A stretch of 64,000 nt of DNA, from positions 1,395 to 65,394 of the forward strand of contig JAHEJX010000003.1 of assembly GCA_024638645.1 (NCBI GenBank). The letters run 5' to 3'. The first letter of the stretch is position 1. Every line of letters begins with the position of its first letter. A program made the translations under genes and the position numbers. Source of the stretch: Actinomycetes bacterium (GTDB lineage Bacteria > Actinomycetota > Acidimicrobiia > Spongiisociales > UBA5794). This document shows, one piece after another, positions 39,014-46,608 of the stretch. Below the pieces are notes generated by a model. The model did no database searches and was not told the DNA's origin. It saw only the letters and a program-made list of their open reading frames with translations.

Positions 39014-40093
39014 CTACAGATCACCTCCCGGGCTCAGTCTCGTTTTGAGCCCTCCAACCTCTTCAATCCTGTACTCGGCGAGATGCACGGCTGCCGTTGC
39101 TGCGTCGACATCTTCCCGGTCTGCAATCTCGAACACCTTCTTCACGTTCTCGGCAATGGCGTCCACTGCGGCCGCCGCCTTCTGCCAGTCGTAGCCGTTC
39201 GTCTCCTGAGAGATGTTGATGACACCCCCTGCGTTGACGATGAAGTCGGGTGCGTAGGTGATGGCTCTATCTCGAAGGCGGGCCGCGTCCAACGGGGTAG
39301 CAAGCTGGTTGTTGGCCGAGCCGACGACTGCCTGACATTTCAGTCGCGGGATTGTCCGTTCATTCAACGCACCGCCCATTGCACACGGCGAGAAGACATC
39401 GCAGGCGAGGTCGAAGATCTCGTCGGGAGCCACCACCGTCGCACCAAACTCGCGACGACAGTGATCTAACGCAGCGTCGTTCACATCCGTAACGGTCAGC
39501 GTTGCCCCGGCTTTGGACAGCCGTTCCACCAGACTCGACCCAACCTTGCCAACGCCCTGCACAGCGAAGTGTTTGCCGGACAGTTCGGCGTCGCCCCACA
39601 GTCGGGTCGCAACGGCCCCGATTGCCGCCATCACTCCGCGCGCGGTTGCAGGCGACGGATCGCCCGAGCCGTTGTGTGTGACGGGAAGGCCGACAACGTG
39701 GCGAGTTTCGCGCTGGATGACGGCCATATCATCGGTCGTGGTGCCAACATCTTCTGCGGTTATGTAACGGCCGTTGAGGCTGTCGACGACACGGGCGTAC
39801 GCTCGCAGCAATCGTTCCCCTTTGATCTTGTTGGGGTCGCCAATGATCACCGCCTTGCCACCCCCATAGTCGAGGCCGGCAGCCGCAGACTTGTGGCTCA
39901 TACCTTTGGAAAGGCGCAGCACATCACGCAGTGCTGCCTCCTCATCGGCATAGGCAAAAAAACGGGTCCCGCCGAGAGCGGGACCTAGTGCCGTTGAGTG
40001 GATGGCGATGATGGTCTTCAGCCCAGAGGCCGGATCATGGCCAAACACCACTTCTTCGTGGGTGTCGGCGCCTATCGCTTCGAATACTCCCAA
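39014..40093 (-). CDS. Leu/Phe/Val dehydrogenase family (leucine dehydrogenase-like)
   Basis: Shows GPALGGTRF..Y....A..D.LRLS.GM..K.A.AGL.YGGGKAVI and the Rossmann motif AVQGVGKVG. It ends 2 nt before the E1 start, so the two look like one operon. Confidence 0.85.
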   Translation of the reverse strand: MGVFEAIGADTHEEVVFGHDPASGLKTIIAIHSTALGPALGGTRFFAYADEEAALRDVLRLSKGMSHKSAAAGLDYGGGKAVIIGDPNKIKGERLLRAYARVVDSLNGRYITAEDVGTTTDDMAVIQRETRHVVGLPVTHNGSGDPSPATARGVMAAIGAVATRLWGDAELSGKHFAVQGVGKVGSSLVERLSKAGATLTVTDVNDAALDHCRREFGATVVAPDEIFDLACDVFSPCAMGGALNERTIPRLKCQAVVGSANNQLATPLDAARLRDRAITYAPDFIVNAGGVINISQETNGYDWQKAAAAVDAIAENVKKVFEIADREDVDAATAAVHLAEYRIEEVGGLKTRLSPGGDL

Positions 40094-40222
40094 CTGGGAT
40101 ACTCCTTCGGACTCGTGGGCTCACCGCATCACACGGGGCCGATGCCTTGGCCCGATTGTAGTTGGTATGACGCATCTCTTCCCGGGCCAAACGGCCCTCT
40201 GGCGAGTTACCATTCTGATTCA

Positions 40223-40972
40223 ATGATCCGCGCTGCATATCTCCGTATCTACTCGCCGAGCCGGCACGCTGAATCGCGGCTGCCCGCAGCGGGGCCGTGG
40301 GGCCGCAACGTGGTGCGCGCCGACGGTCATTTCATGTGGGCCGAACCGGACACAGATGATGTCTTCACCGTCTCCTGGAAAGGCGAACGCCTGATTTGCC
40401 CGCGCAACGGCAGGCTACGAATGCTCGAGGGGATCCTGGCTTTCTCCAACTCCAACCCAGGCGCACCGCTGCTGCCGTCCGCAACTGTGCAACGCGCCGC
40501 AGATGAGCTTGCCCGCCTCAGGTCGAGGTCGGAGAAGAGTCACATCCTGACTTCGCCATGGCACGTGCCGCTGCGTTGGTTTGCCGCGTTCGATCCCGAG
40601 CAGCGCGACATCTACGACATCGGGTCCGAGGTCTCGGTTCGTTATCGCACCGACCTTGCGGACGCCGTCGAACGGGTCGCAGAAGCGGTCACAATCATCG
40701 ACAATGCCGGCTTCGACGCCAGCATCGTCGAGCAGGTGGAGGACCTCGAGCGATGGCTGCGGGGCTTTCCCCGGGGTTCGATGCTCGAACTCGACTACGC
40801 CACGGTTGCTGAGCTCTTCACTGCAGTGGAGCTGGCGTTCGACGATTCAGTTCAGCAGGTCCGAGAATCACTCGAAGCCCTCGACGAGCTCGACTACGAA
40901 ACAGCGGGCCAGCGGTACGCGGCCGTTGCTTCTCGTTGGGCCTATGCGCAGGCACTCAGCTACGTGAACTGA
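40223..40972 (+). CDS. hypothetical protein
   Basis: Trimmed to MIRAAYLRIYSP, because the upstream part of the ORF overlaps the leucine dehydrogenase 5' end. I recognise no family. Confidence 0.5.
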   Translation: MIRAAYLRIYSPSRHAESRLPAAGPWGRNVVRADGHFMWAEPDTDDVFTVSWKGERLICPRNGRLRMLEGILAFSNSNPGAPLLPSATVQRAADELARLRSRSEKSHILTSPWHVPLRWFAAFDPEQRDIYDIGSEVSVRYRTDLADAVERVAEAVTIIDNAGFDASIVEQVEDLERWLRGFPRGSMLELDYATVAELFTAVELAFDDSVQQVRESLEALDELDYETAGQRYAAVASRWAYAQALSYVN

Positions 40973-40975
40973 AGT

Positions 40976-42094
40976 TCACTCGACGACTCTTCGTTCAATC
41001 GTGGCCGCGGCGAGGTGGTTCTTGTCTACGTCCACACCAATCCCTGGCCCATCAGGGACTGCGATATGTCCCGCGACCATTTCGATTGGTTCGGTGAGCA
41101 GATCTTGCTTCCAGTAGACCTTGCTCGGCGACATGTCGCCGGGAAAGTCGAAGCCGGGCAGGGAGGCCAGAGCCAGGTTGTGGGCGCGCCCGATCCCGGT
41201 TTCGAGCATGCCACCGATCCACACTGTGAGGCCGGCCGCTTTCGCTTTGCGATACGCCTGCAGTGCTGCTCCGTACCCGCCGAGGCGTCCCGGCTTGATA
41301 GAAATCCCAGCGGCCGCATGCATGTCGGTTATGCGGTCGATGGCGTTGAGGCTGTTCACCGACTCGTCGAGAGCTATCTGCGTCACCAGCGTGTCCCGCA
41401 ATTCGCTGGCTGCTCGCAGGGATGCAGCAGGGTAAGGCTGCTCGATCCAGGCGAGGTTCACGGCGTCGAGCTCGCGCAATTTCTGCACTTCGAGCGGCGA
41501 GAAGCTTCCGTTGGCGTCGGCGACAACCGGAATCCCCCCTGCCGCCTGCACGGCCTCTGACGCCAGGCTCAAAGCCCGTGACGGTTCGATCTTGATCTTG
41601 ATGCGCTGGTATCCGCTGCGGCGGGCTTCTTCGACCATGCCGGCGAGCCGTTCTCCCGCAGGAGGCAGCCCGAGGGTCCTGCCCGCCGGCACATTGGACC
41701 GGATTCCACCGAAGAAGTTCGACAGGGAGCGACCCTGCCTTCTAGCGATCATGTCCCAGGCGGCCATCTCCACGGCTGCGGCGGCCACCGGCGTTTGCCT
41801 CATCGCAACGGCCAGATATGCGGAGAGTTTGTCAGGGTTCTCGAACTCGCGGCTCATAGCTGCCGGGATGACACCGGCATGGAGCGCCTTCCAAGCTGAA
41901 TCGACGGTCTCGGAGAGATAACCAGGTTTGGACTGGGCGATGCACTCACCCCAGCCATAGTTGCCGTCGGCGTCCCAGACCCGCACGATCACGATCGGCC
42001 GTTCCCCGATTGTCCCGTGAGCTGCGACGAATGGCCCCACCGGTTGCAGAGCCACCTTGTACATCTCGACTCGTTTGAGCTTGATGTTGTTCAT
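40976..42094 (-). CDS. enolase-superfamily enzyme, o-succinylbenzoate synthase / N-succinylamino-acid racemase subgroup
   Basis: Shows the KxK motif (IKIKI), the metal ligands DANG / EQP / DES, the second catalytic Lys in SIKPGR, and MLETGIGRA. Confidence 0.8.
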   Translation of the reverse strand: MNNIKLKRVEMYKVALQPVGPFVAAHGTIGERPIVIVRVWDADGNYGWGECIAQSKPGYLSETVDSAWKALHAGVIPAAMSREFENPDKLSAYLAVAMRQTPVAAAAVEMAAWDMIARRQGRSLSNFFGGIRSNVPAGRTLGLPPAGERLAGMVEEARRSGYQRIKIKIEPSRALSLASEAVQAAGGIPVVADANGSFSPLEVQKLRELDAVNLAWIEQPYPAASLRAASELRDTLVTQIALDESVNSLNAIDRITDMHAAAGISIKPGRLGGYGAALQAYRKAKAAGLTVWIGGMLETGIGRAHNLALASLPGFDFPGDMSPSKVYWKQDLLTEPIEMVAGHIAVPDGPGIGVDVDKNHLAAATIERRVVE

Positions 42095-42133
42095 GAGTGT
42101 CCGGGAGTATCGCGGATACGGAAAGAGGGCTCC

Positions 42134-42159
42134 GGTTCCCCGGAGCCCTCCATCACTTC
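42134..42159 (-). terminator. 11-bp perfect hairpin (GAGGGCTCCGG-TTCC-CCGGAGCCCTC) after the RTX gene
   Basis: Read directly, 14 nt downstream of the 42173 stop on the minus strand and followed by TTT. Confidence 0.5.
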
Positions 42160-42172
42160 TGCTTGCGAGGTG

Positions 42173-43330
42173 CTAGCCCTCGCAGTTGCTGACGTTTTCG
42201 CCGTCGGAACAGACATCGGTGTCGTCGCCACCGTCGAGTGTGTCAGTGCCCTGACCGCCGTCGAGAATGTCGTTGCCGGCGTCACCGTTGAGCGTGTCGT
42301 TGCCGGTGTTGCCCTGCATCTCGTCGTTGCCGGGGCCCCCGCTCAGGACGTCGTCTCCGGTAGCGCCCGTCATGAAGTCGTCGCCTGCGTCACCCATGCT
42401 GGTGTCGTTGCCGCCATGGCCATTGATCGTGTCGTTGCCGGCGCCGCCACTGAGCAAGTCGTTGCCGTCACGGCCCTTGAGCAGGTCGTCGCCGTCCCCA
42501 CCATTGATGTTGTCGGAACCAAGCTCACCGTCGAGCGTATCGTCGCCGCCCCCACCGTCGATGAAGTCGTCGCCGTCGCTGCCGAGGATCTTGTTCTTTC
42601 CGTCACTCCCGACCAAGTTGTCGTCGAAATCGGAACCTTCGATGTTCTCAACTCCGGTCAGCGTATCTGCGCCACCGCCGCCCGCGGCGACACCACCAGC
42701 GAGGTTGACATCAACCATTGCAGTGGCGTTGCCGTAGGTGACGACGTCTTGCACGCCGGCACCTCCGGTGATCGAGTCATTGCCGGGGCCGCCGTTGAGA
42801 CGGTCGGCGCCCTTGCCACCGGTGATCGTGTCGTTGTTGCCGGAGCCGAAGATCGTGTCGTTGGCCCTGCCACCGTTCAAAACGTCGTCGCCGCCGCCAC
42901 CAGACAAGGTGTCCTTGCCGTTGTTGCCGAAGATCGTGTCGTGCCCGAGACCACCCTTGAGATCGTCTGCGCCAACGCCGCCGCGGATCACGTCTTCGCC
43001 TGTGCCGCCCTGGACGGTGTCACTGTCGGACTTCTTGCCCTTCTGCGGCCCTGCCTGCACCCAGTCGTCACCGGCGCCGGCATCTATGTTGTCGTCGCCG
43101 AACCCGCCACAAATGACGTCGTTCCCACCGAGCCCGGTGATCGTGTCATTGCCGCCGAGGCCGCTGATTACGTCGGCGAATTCGGTGCCCATGAGCACGT
43201 CGTCGCCTGCCGTTCCAGGGATTGTCACCTCTAGTCCGTTACAGGTCGCCGCAGCGGACGCGATCGCAGGCATTGCCCACAGCGCGAGCAGCATCGCAGC
43301 GAGAACGCTAGCCATACGAGATTTGGCCAT
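42173..43330 (-). CDS. secreted calcium-binding protein built almost entirely of RTX-type GGxGxD repeats
   Basis: Trimmed to MAKSRMASVLAAMLLALWAMPAIASA (signal peptide). It has more than 30 nonapeptide repeats (GLGGNDTITGLGGNDVICGGFGDDNIDAGAGDD...). Confidence 0.8.
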   Translation of the reverse strand: MAKSRMASVLAAMLLALWAMPAIASAAATCNGLEVTIPGTAGDDVLMGTEFADVISGLGGNDTITGLGGNDVICGGFGDDNIDAGAGDDWVQAGPQKGKKSDSDTVQGGTGEDVIRGGVGADDLKGGLGHDTIFGNNGKDTLSGGGGDDVLNGGRANDTIFGSGNNDTITGGKGADRLNGGPGNDSITGGAGVQDVVTYGNATAMVDVNLAGGVAAGGGGADTLTGVENIEGSDFDDNLVGSDGKNKILGSDGDDFIDGGGGDDTLDGELGSDNINGGDGDDLLKGRDGNDLLSGGAGNDTINGHGGNDTSMGDAGDDFMTGATGDDVLSGGPGNDEMQGNTGNDTLNGDAGNDILDGGQGTDTLDGGDDTDVCSDGENVSNCEG

Positions 43331-43552
43331 TCTTCCTACTTCCCCTTGATTCCTATCGCACCGACCCCCCAAAAACACGGGTCATAGGTCTCTGCGAATC
43401 CTTTTCCTACCTGGATCGAGCGCCCGCGCCCGTCCGACACTCACTGTACAGAACCTGACTTGTTATGGGGGTGGCATAAACCGCGCACAAGGATGGGCTA
43501 GTTACCTGTGCGTATCCGGTATCGCGCATCCGGACCATCGTGGGGTTGCATG

Positions 43553-43594
43553 TACCGGATACCGGATACCGGATACCAGATACCAGATACCGGG
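43553..43594. repeat. six tandem heptamers (TACCGGA x3, TACCAGA x2, TACCGGG)
   Basis: Read directly. An inverted copy (ATCCGGTAT) lies at 43513-43521. The array is about 40 nt upstream of the putative tRNA promoter and about 220 nt upstream of the RTX gene start. Confidence 0.7.
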
Positions 43595-43634
43595 GCGCGA
43601 AGTGCCGCCTATACTTCTCAAGCCGGTTCGGCGG

Positions 43635-43662
43635 TCGACCGACGACGGGCAAGGGTTAATAT
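43635..43662 (+). promoter_or_regulatory. candidate sigma-70-type promoter of the tRNA cluster (TCGACC -16 nt- TAATAT)
   Basis: The hexamers were read directly, and the -10 lies about 30 nt upstream of tRNA-Glu. Each hexamer matches consensus at 4 of 6 positions, so this is tentative. Confidence 0.3.
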
Positions 43663-43690
43663 CCCGGCCACCATTCATTGGATGGTGTCA

Positions 43691-43763
43691 GCCCCCATCG
43701 TCTAGTGGCCTAGGACTCCGCCCTTTCAAGGCGGCAACAGGGATTCGAATTCCCTTGGGGGCA
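43691..43763 (+). tRNA. tRNA-Glu (anticodon TTC)
   Basis: A cloverleaf can be folded by hand: acceptor GCCCCCA/TGGGGGC, anticodon arm CCGCC-CTTTCAA-GGCGG, T-arm AGGGA-TTCGAAT-TCCCT. CCA is not encoded. Confidence 0.9.
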
Positions 43764-43806
43764 CAAAAGAACATGGTTCTACTGCGATGACAGGCGGTGG
43801 ACTCAT

Positions 43807-43884
43807 GGGGGCGTGGTGAAGTCTGGAGTTCACGCCGGCCTGTCAAGCCGGAGGTCGCGGGTTCAAATCCCGTCGCTCCCGCCA
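43807..43884 (+). tRNA. tRNA-Asp (anticodon GTC)
   Basis: Acceptor GGGGGCG/CGCTCCC, anticodon arm CCGGC-CTGTCAA-GCCGG, T-arm GCGGG-TTCAAAT-CCCGT. The 3' CCA is encoded. Confidence 0.9.
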
Positions 43885-43938
43885 AACACCCGGGCCAATG
43901 GTCTGGGTGTTGGCTTTCGGGGCCACATCCCCGATTGC

Positions 43939-44011
43939 GGTCAGGTAGCTCAGTTGGTAGAGCGCCGGTCTGAAAAACCGGAGGTCGACGGATCGACGCC
44001 GTCCCTGACCA
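43939..44011 (+). tRNA. tRNA-Phe (anticodon GAA)
   Basis: Acceptor GGTCAGG/CCTGACC, D-arm GCTC-AGTTGGTA-GAGC, anticodon arm CCGGT-CTGAAAA-ACCGG, T-arm GACGG-ATCGACG-CCGTC. Position 54 is A instead of T. Confidence 0.85.
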
Positions 44012-44014
44012 CGC

Positions 44015-44059
44015 GGACCTCTTGTGTGGAGGCGCACGGCGCCTCCACACAAGAGGTCC
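44015..44059 (+). terminator. 21-bp perfect palindrome (GGACCTCTTGTGTGGAGGCGC-ACG-GCGCCTCCACACAAGAGGTCC) right after tRNA-Phe
   Basis: Read directly, starting 4 nt after the tRNA-Phe discriminator base. It is the likely terminator or processing hairpin of the tRNA operon. Confidence 0.55.
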
Positions 44060-44275
44060 GTTCGCAGGTTTTGCTGGCGCAAAACTGCGGCGGACGTGGC
44101 GCGACCTCGTCTACGGGTCTGGAAAAAGCGGATGTTGTCCTTCGAGTCCGTTCGCGGGTTTTGCTGACGCAAAACTGCGGCGGACGTGGCGGATTTTGTC
44201 CTTCGAGTCCGTTCGCAGGTTTTGCTGGCGCAAAACTGCGGCGGACGTGGCGGGTTTTGTCCTTCGAGTCCGTTC
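44056..44275 (+). repeat. tandem array of a 61-nt hairpin-containing unit (3 full copies plus a partial fourth; copy 1 carries a 29-nt insertion)
   Basis: Units start at 44056, 44146, 44207 and 44268. The consensus is GTCCGTTCGCAGGTTTTGCTGGCGCAAAACTGCGGCGGACGTGGCGGGTTTTGTCCTTCGA. Each unit folds as GTCCG-CGC-GTTTTGC / GCAAAAC-GCG-CGGAC. Confidence 0.85.
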
Positions 44276-44290
44276 CTACAGTGGCGGGCC

Positions 44291-45421
44291 ATGTTTGCTC
44301 CGACAAGAAGCATCCTTGCGGTGCGCCCGAGTTCGACGCCTGCACTTCTTGTCGCCGCGTCCTCGATCGCGCTGCACTTCGCGGCAACACCATTTCTCAT
44401 TCCCGCCATCGCATCCGAGTTCAGCGTTGGGCTCGGAGCAGCTGGTCTCATCTCTGTAGCGCAGGTTGGCGGCTTCACCCTCTCGAATCTCGTCGCCGGG
44501 CGCAGGCTTGTTCCGCAGAGGCGATTGCTGGTCGGCGCGGCTCTGGTCGGAGCGGCGGCCAACCTTGGCTCGGCAATAGCCGGGTCGCTCGCGGTGCTGC
44601 TGGCCCTACGCGTAGTCGCCGGAGTCGCCGCCGGACTCATCACATGGCTGGCCTGGGCCGAAGCCATGAAGAAGCCTGCCGCGCTGAAGGACATAGCGGG
44701 GGTGGGCCCGCTGACGGCGCTTGTGGGGTCGCCTTTCGTGGCTTGGGTTGTGTCGGCTGGGGATACGACTGCCGCCTTCACGTTGATCGCCATCTCGTGT
44801 CTACCTGCAGCCTTTCTGCCTGCCAGCTTCGATGACATTCGACTGGCCAGCCGTCGTCGAATGAGTCCCTCTCGATCCAATATTCTGCTTCTTGTAGCTC
44901 TGGGCCTGATGACAGGGGCGGGCTCCAGCCTCTTTGTCTTTGCCGGGGCGATCGGCGCAGACAGAGTGGGCTTGGAAGCGGTCGCGGTCTCGTTGGCTTT
45001 CAGCGTCAATGCGGGAGCGGGGCTGCTGGCAGCGCGCAGGGGGCGCGGCTCGAGCGCTCCTTGGCTATGGCTGTTCACAATCGCCGCTTGTGTCGCCGTC
45101 GTCGCACTGGCGACCAATCCGGTCGCCTTCTATGGGGCGCTCGCCGTATGGGGTTTTGCGTTCTGGAGAGCGGTCCCGGCTGTGTTGACCGGAATAGCTG
45201 ATTGGTCACTTGCGCCCGAAGAACGTACGGGAGACGCTCAAGCCATCATGGCCGGTGGACGCACACTGGGTCCCCTTGTTGGAGCGGGCCTGCTCACCGT
45301 GGGCGGCTTCACAGCAGTCGGGGCTGTTGCCGCACTGCTCGTTCTCCTGGCGGCGACCCTGGTGTGGGCCGTGAGCCACTATCGCGCACAGCATCCGGAT
45401 CGGCGCCCGCTGGTTGCTTGA
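44291..45421 (+). CDS. MFS-type transporter (12 predicted TM helices)
   Basis: Start set at MFAPTRS, after the repeat array. It is highly hydrophobic with regularly spaced helices and an RR/K-rich central loop (ASRRRMSPSRS). The family assignment rests on architecture only. Confidence 0.65.
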   Translation: MFAPTRSILAVRPSSTPALLVAASSIALHFAATPFLIPAIASEFSVGLGAAGLISVAQVGGFTLSNLVAGRRLVPQRRLLVGAALVGAAANLGSAIAGSLAVLLALRVVAGVAAGLITWLAWAEAMKKPAALKDIAGVGPLTALVGSPFVAWVVSAGDTTAAFTLIAISCLPAAFLPASFDDIRLASRRRMSPSRSNILLLVALGLMTGAGSSLFVFAGAIGADRVGLEAVAVSLAFSVNAGAGLLAARRGRGSSAPWLWLFTIAACVAVVALATNPVAFYGALAVWGFAFWRAVPAVLTGIADWSLAPEERTGDAQAIMAGGRTLGPLVGAGLLTVGGFTAVGAVAALLVLLAATLVWAVSHYRAQHPDRRPLVA

Positions 45422-45471
45422 ATGCGCAGCAACGCGTCGGTCGCGGTCCCGTTCGAGTTACCGTCGCGCTG

Positions 45472-46044
45472 ATGGGATTTACTCGCGAGGAGTTGGAGAG
45501 CTTTCGAGATGCCACGGTGCCGGATCTGATCGGGCCGGGTCTTCGGTTGCTCTTCGTTGGGATCAATCCGGGTCTATGGACCGCGGCAACGCAGACCCAC
45601 TTCGCTCATCCAGGGAATCGCTTCTATCCGGCTCTCTTGAAAGCCGGCGTCATCGGCTGGGAAATCGATCGCAGCGGCGGATTCACCGAACACGATCGCA
45701 ACCGATTGATCGCGAGGGGAATCGGTATCACGAATCTCGTTGAGCGGGCCACTGCTCGCGCCGGCGAGCTGGCTCCTGCCGAGTTTCGAGCCGGTCGGCA
45801 TAGACTCGAGACGCTCGTCGCGCAGCGATCCCCGGTCGTCGTGGCGGTCGCCGGTGTCACGGCATACCGCAGCGCATTCAGCCGACCGAATGCCAAGCTC
45901 GGCCGTCAGGCCGAAGGGCTCGGCGAGGCCGAACTGTGGGCCGTGCCCAACCCGAGCGGTCTCAACGCCCACGAGACGACAGACAGTCTTGCCCGCTGGT
46001 ATCGCAAGGTCGGACGGGCGGCGGGGCTCGTACCTCGCACTTGA
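45472..46044 (+). CDS. mug: G/U mismatch-specific uracil-DNA glycosylase (family 2 UDG)
   Basis: Start set at MGFTREEL. Shows the GINPG motif (LLFVGINPGLW), HFAHPGNRFY and NPSGLNAH. Confidence 0.85.
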   Translation: MGFTREELESFRDATVPDLIGPGLRLLFVGINPGLWTAATQTHFAHPGNRFYPALLKAGVIGWEIDRSGGFTEHDRNRLIARGIGITNLVERATARAGELAPAEFRAGRHRLETLVAQRSPVVVAVAGVTAYRSAFSRPNAKLGRQAEGLGEAELWAVPNPSGLNAHETTDSLARWYRKVGRAAGLVPRT

Positions 46045-46071
46045 GCGTCGCCAACCTGGCAGACTGCTGCG

Positions 46072-46608
46072 ATGAGTGGGGCCAACTCCAAGAGAGATGT
46101 CATCGGTTGGCGCGAGTGGGTGACGTTGCCTGGTTTATGTGAGACGCCGATGAAGGTGAAGGTCGACACCGGAGCGGCTACGTCGGCACTCCATGCCTTC
46201 GACCTGTCCATTGAGGATCGTGATGGGCAGCGCTGGGCCGAGTTCGAAGTTCATCCTTCGCAACGGACCAAGCGCAATGCGGTTGCGGTCAGCGTCCCTA
46301 TCGTTGGGTACCGGAGAATCCGCTCCTCGTCAGGGCATTCTGAACGCCGTCCCGTCGTCTCGGTACCCGTTCGCATCGGCAGCGGGGAGTTTGAGACGGA
46401 AGTAACACTCACCGCTAGGGACGAAATGGGATTTCGGATGTTGCTGGGACGAGCCGCAATCCGGCGCCGCTACGTCGTCGATGTTGCTCGCTCATATGTC
46501 CAGTCCACTGCGCCACCGCGAAAGGAACAGACGCCCCGAAAGGCGAAGACACCGCGAAAGGCGAAGACACCGCAAAAGGCGAAGACACCCCGAAAGGTAA
46601 AGAAATGA
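46072..46608 (+). CDS. retropepsin-like protease (RimB / 'ATP-dependent zinc protease' DUF785 type) with a Lys-rich C-terminal repeat tail
   Basis: IGWREWV.LP.L....MK.KVDTGA.TSALHA is the hallmark of the RimK-associated family. The tail is PRKEQTPRKAKTPRKAKTPQKAKTPRKVKK. Confidence 0.75.
   Translation: MSGANSKRDVIGWREWVTLPGLCETPMKVKVDTGAATSALHAFDLSIEDRDGQRWAEFEVHPSQRTKRNAVAVSVPIVGYRRIRSSSGHSERRPVVSVPVRIGSGEFETEVTLTARDEMGFRMLLGRAAIRRRYVVDVARSYVQSTAPPRKEQTPRKAKTPRKAKTPQKAKTPRKVKK
46516..46605 (+). repeat. five tandem 18-nt repeats (CCGCGAAAGGCGAAGACA consensus) encoding the (P/T)RKAKT tail
   Basis: Read directly, inside the 3' end of the 46072-46608 CDS. The array runs into the rimK start codon. 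Confidence 0.8.

Noticed and set aside
42017-43234. 405-aa plus-strand ORF, and several others, overlapping the RTX gene
   Set aside because: It is antisense to a gene with a clear signal peptide, an RBS and coherent GGxGxD repeats. The plus-strand translation is low-complexity V/A-rich text, which is expected from reading GC-rich repeats backwards.
44056-44275. Possible CRISPR array, given regularly spaced repeats next to a tRNA
   Set aside because: Whole 61-nt units repeat head to tail with no unique spacers. The only non-repeated stretch is a 29-nt insertion in copy 1. No cas genes are present in the window.
43680-44300. Integrated mobile element or att scar at the tRNA-Phe 3' end
   Set aside because: There is no integrase, excisionase or transposase gene within the window. 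I saw no direct repeat of the tRNA-Phe 3' end downstream.
43813-45117. Long ORFs on both strands (340 aa and 424 aa) spanning the tRNAs, the repeat array and the MFS gene
   Set aside because: They run straight through three well-folded tRNA genes and the tandem repeats, where their peptide repeats simply mirror the DNA repeats. They also compete with a coherent 12-TM transporter frame.
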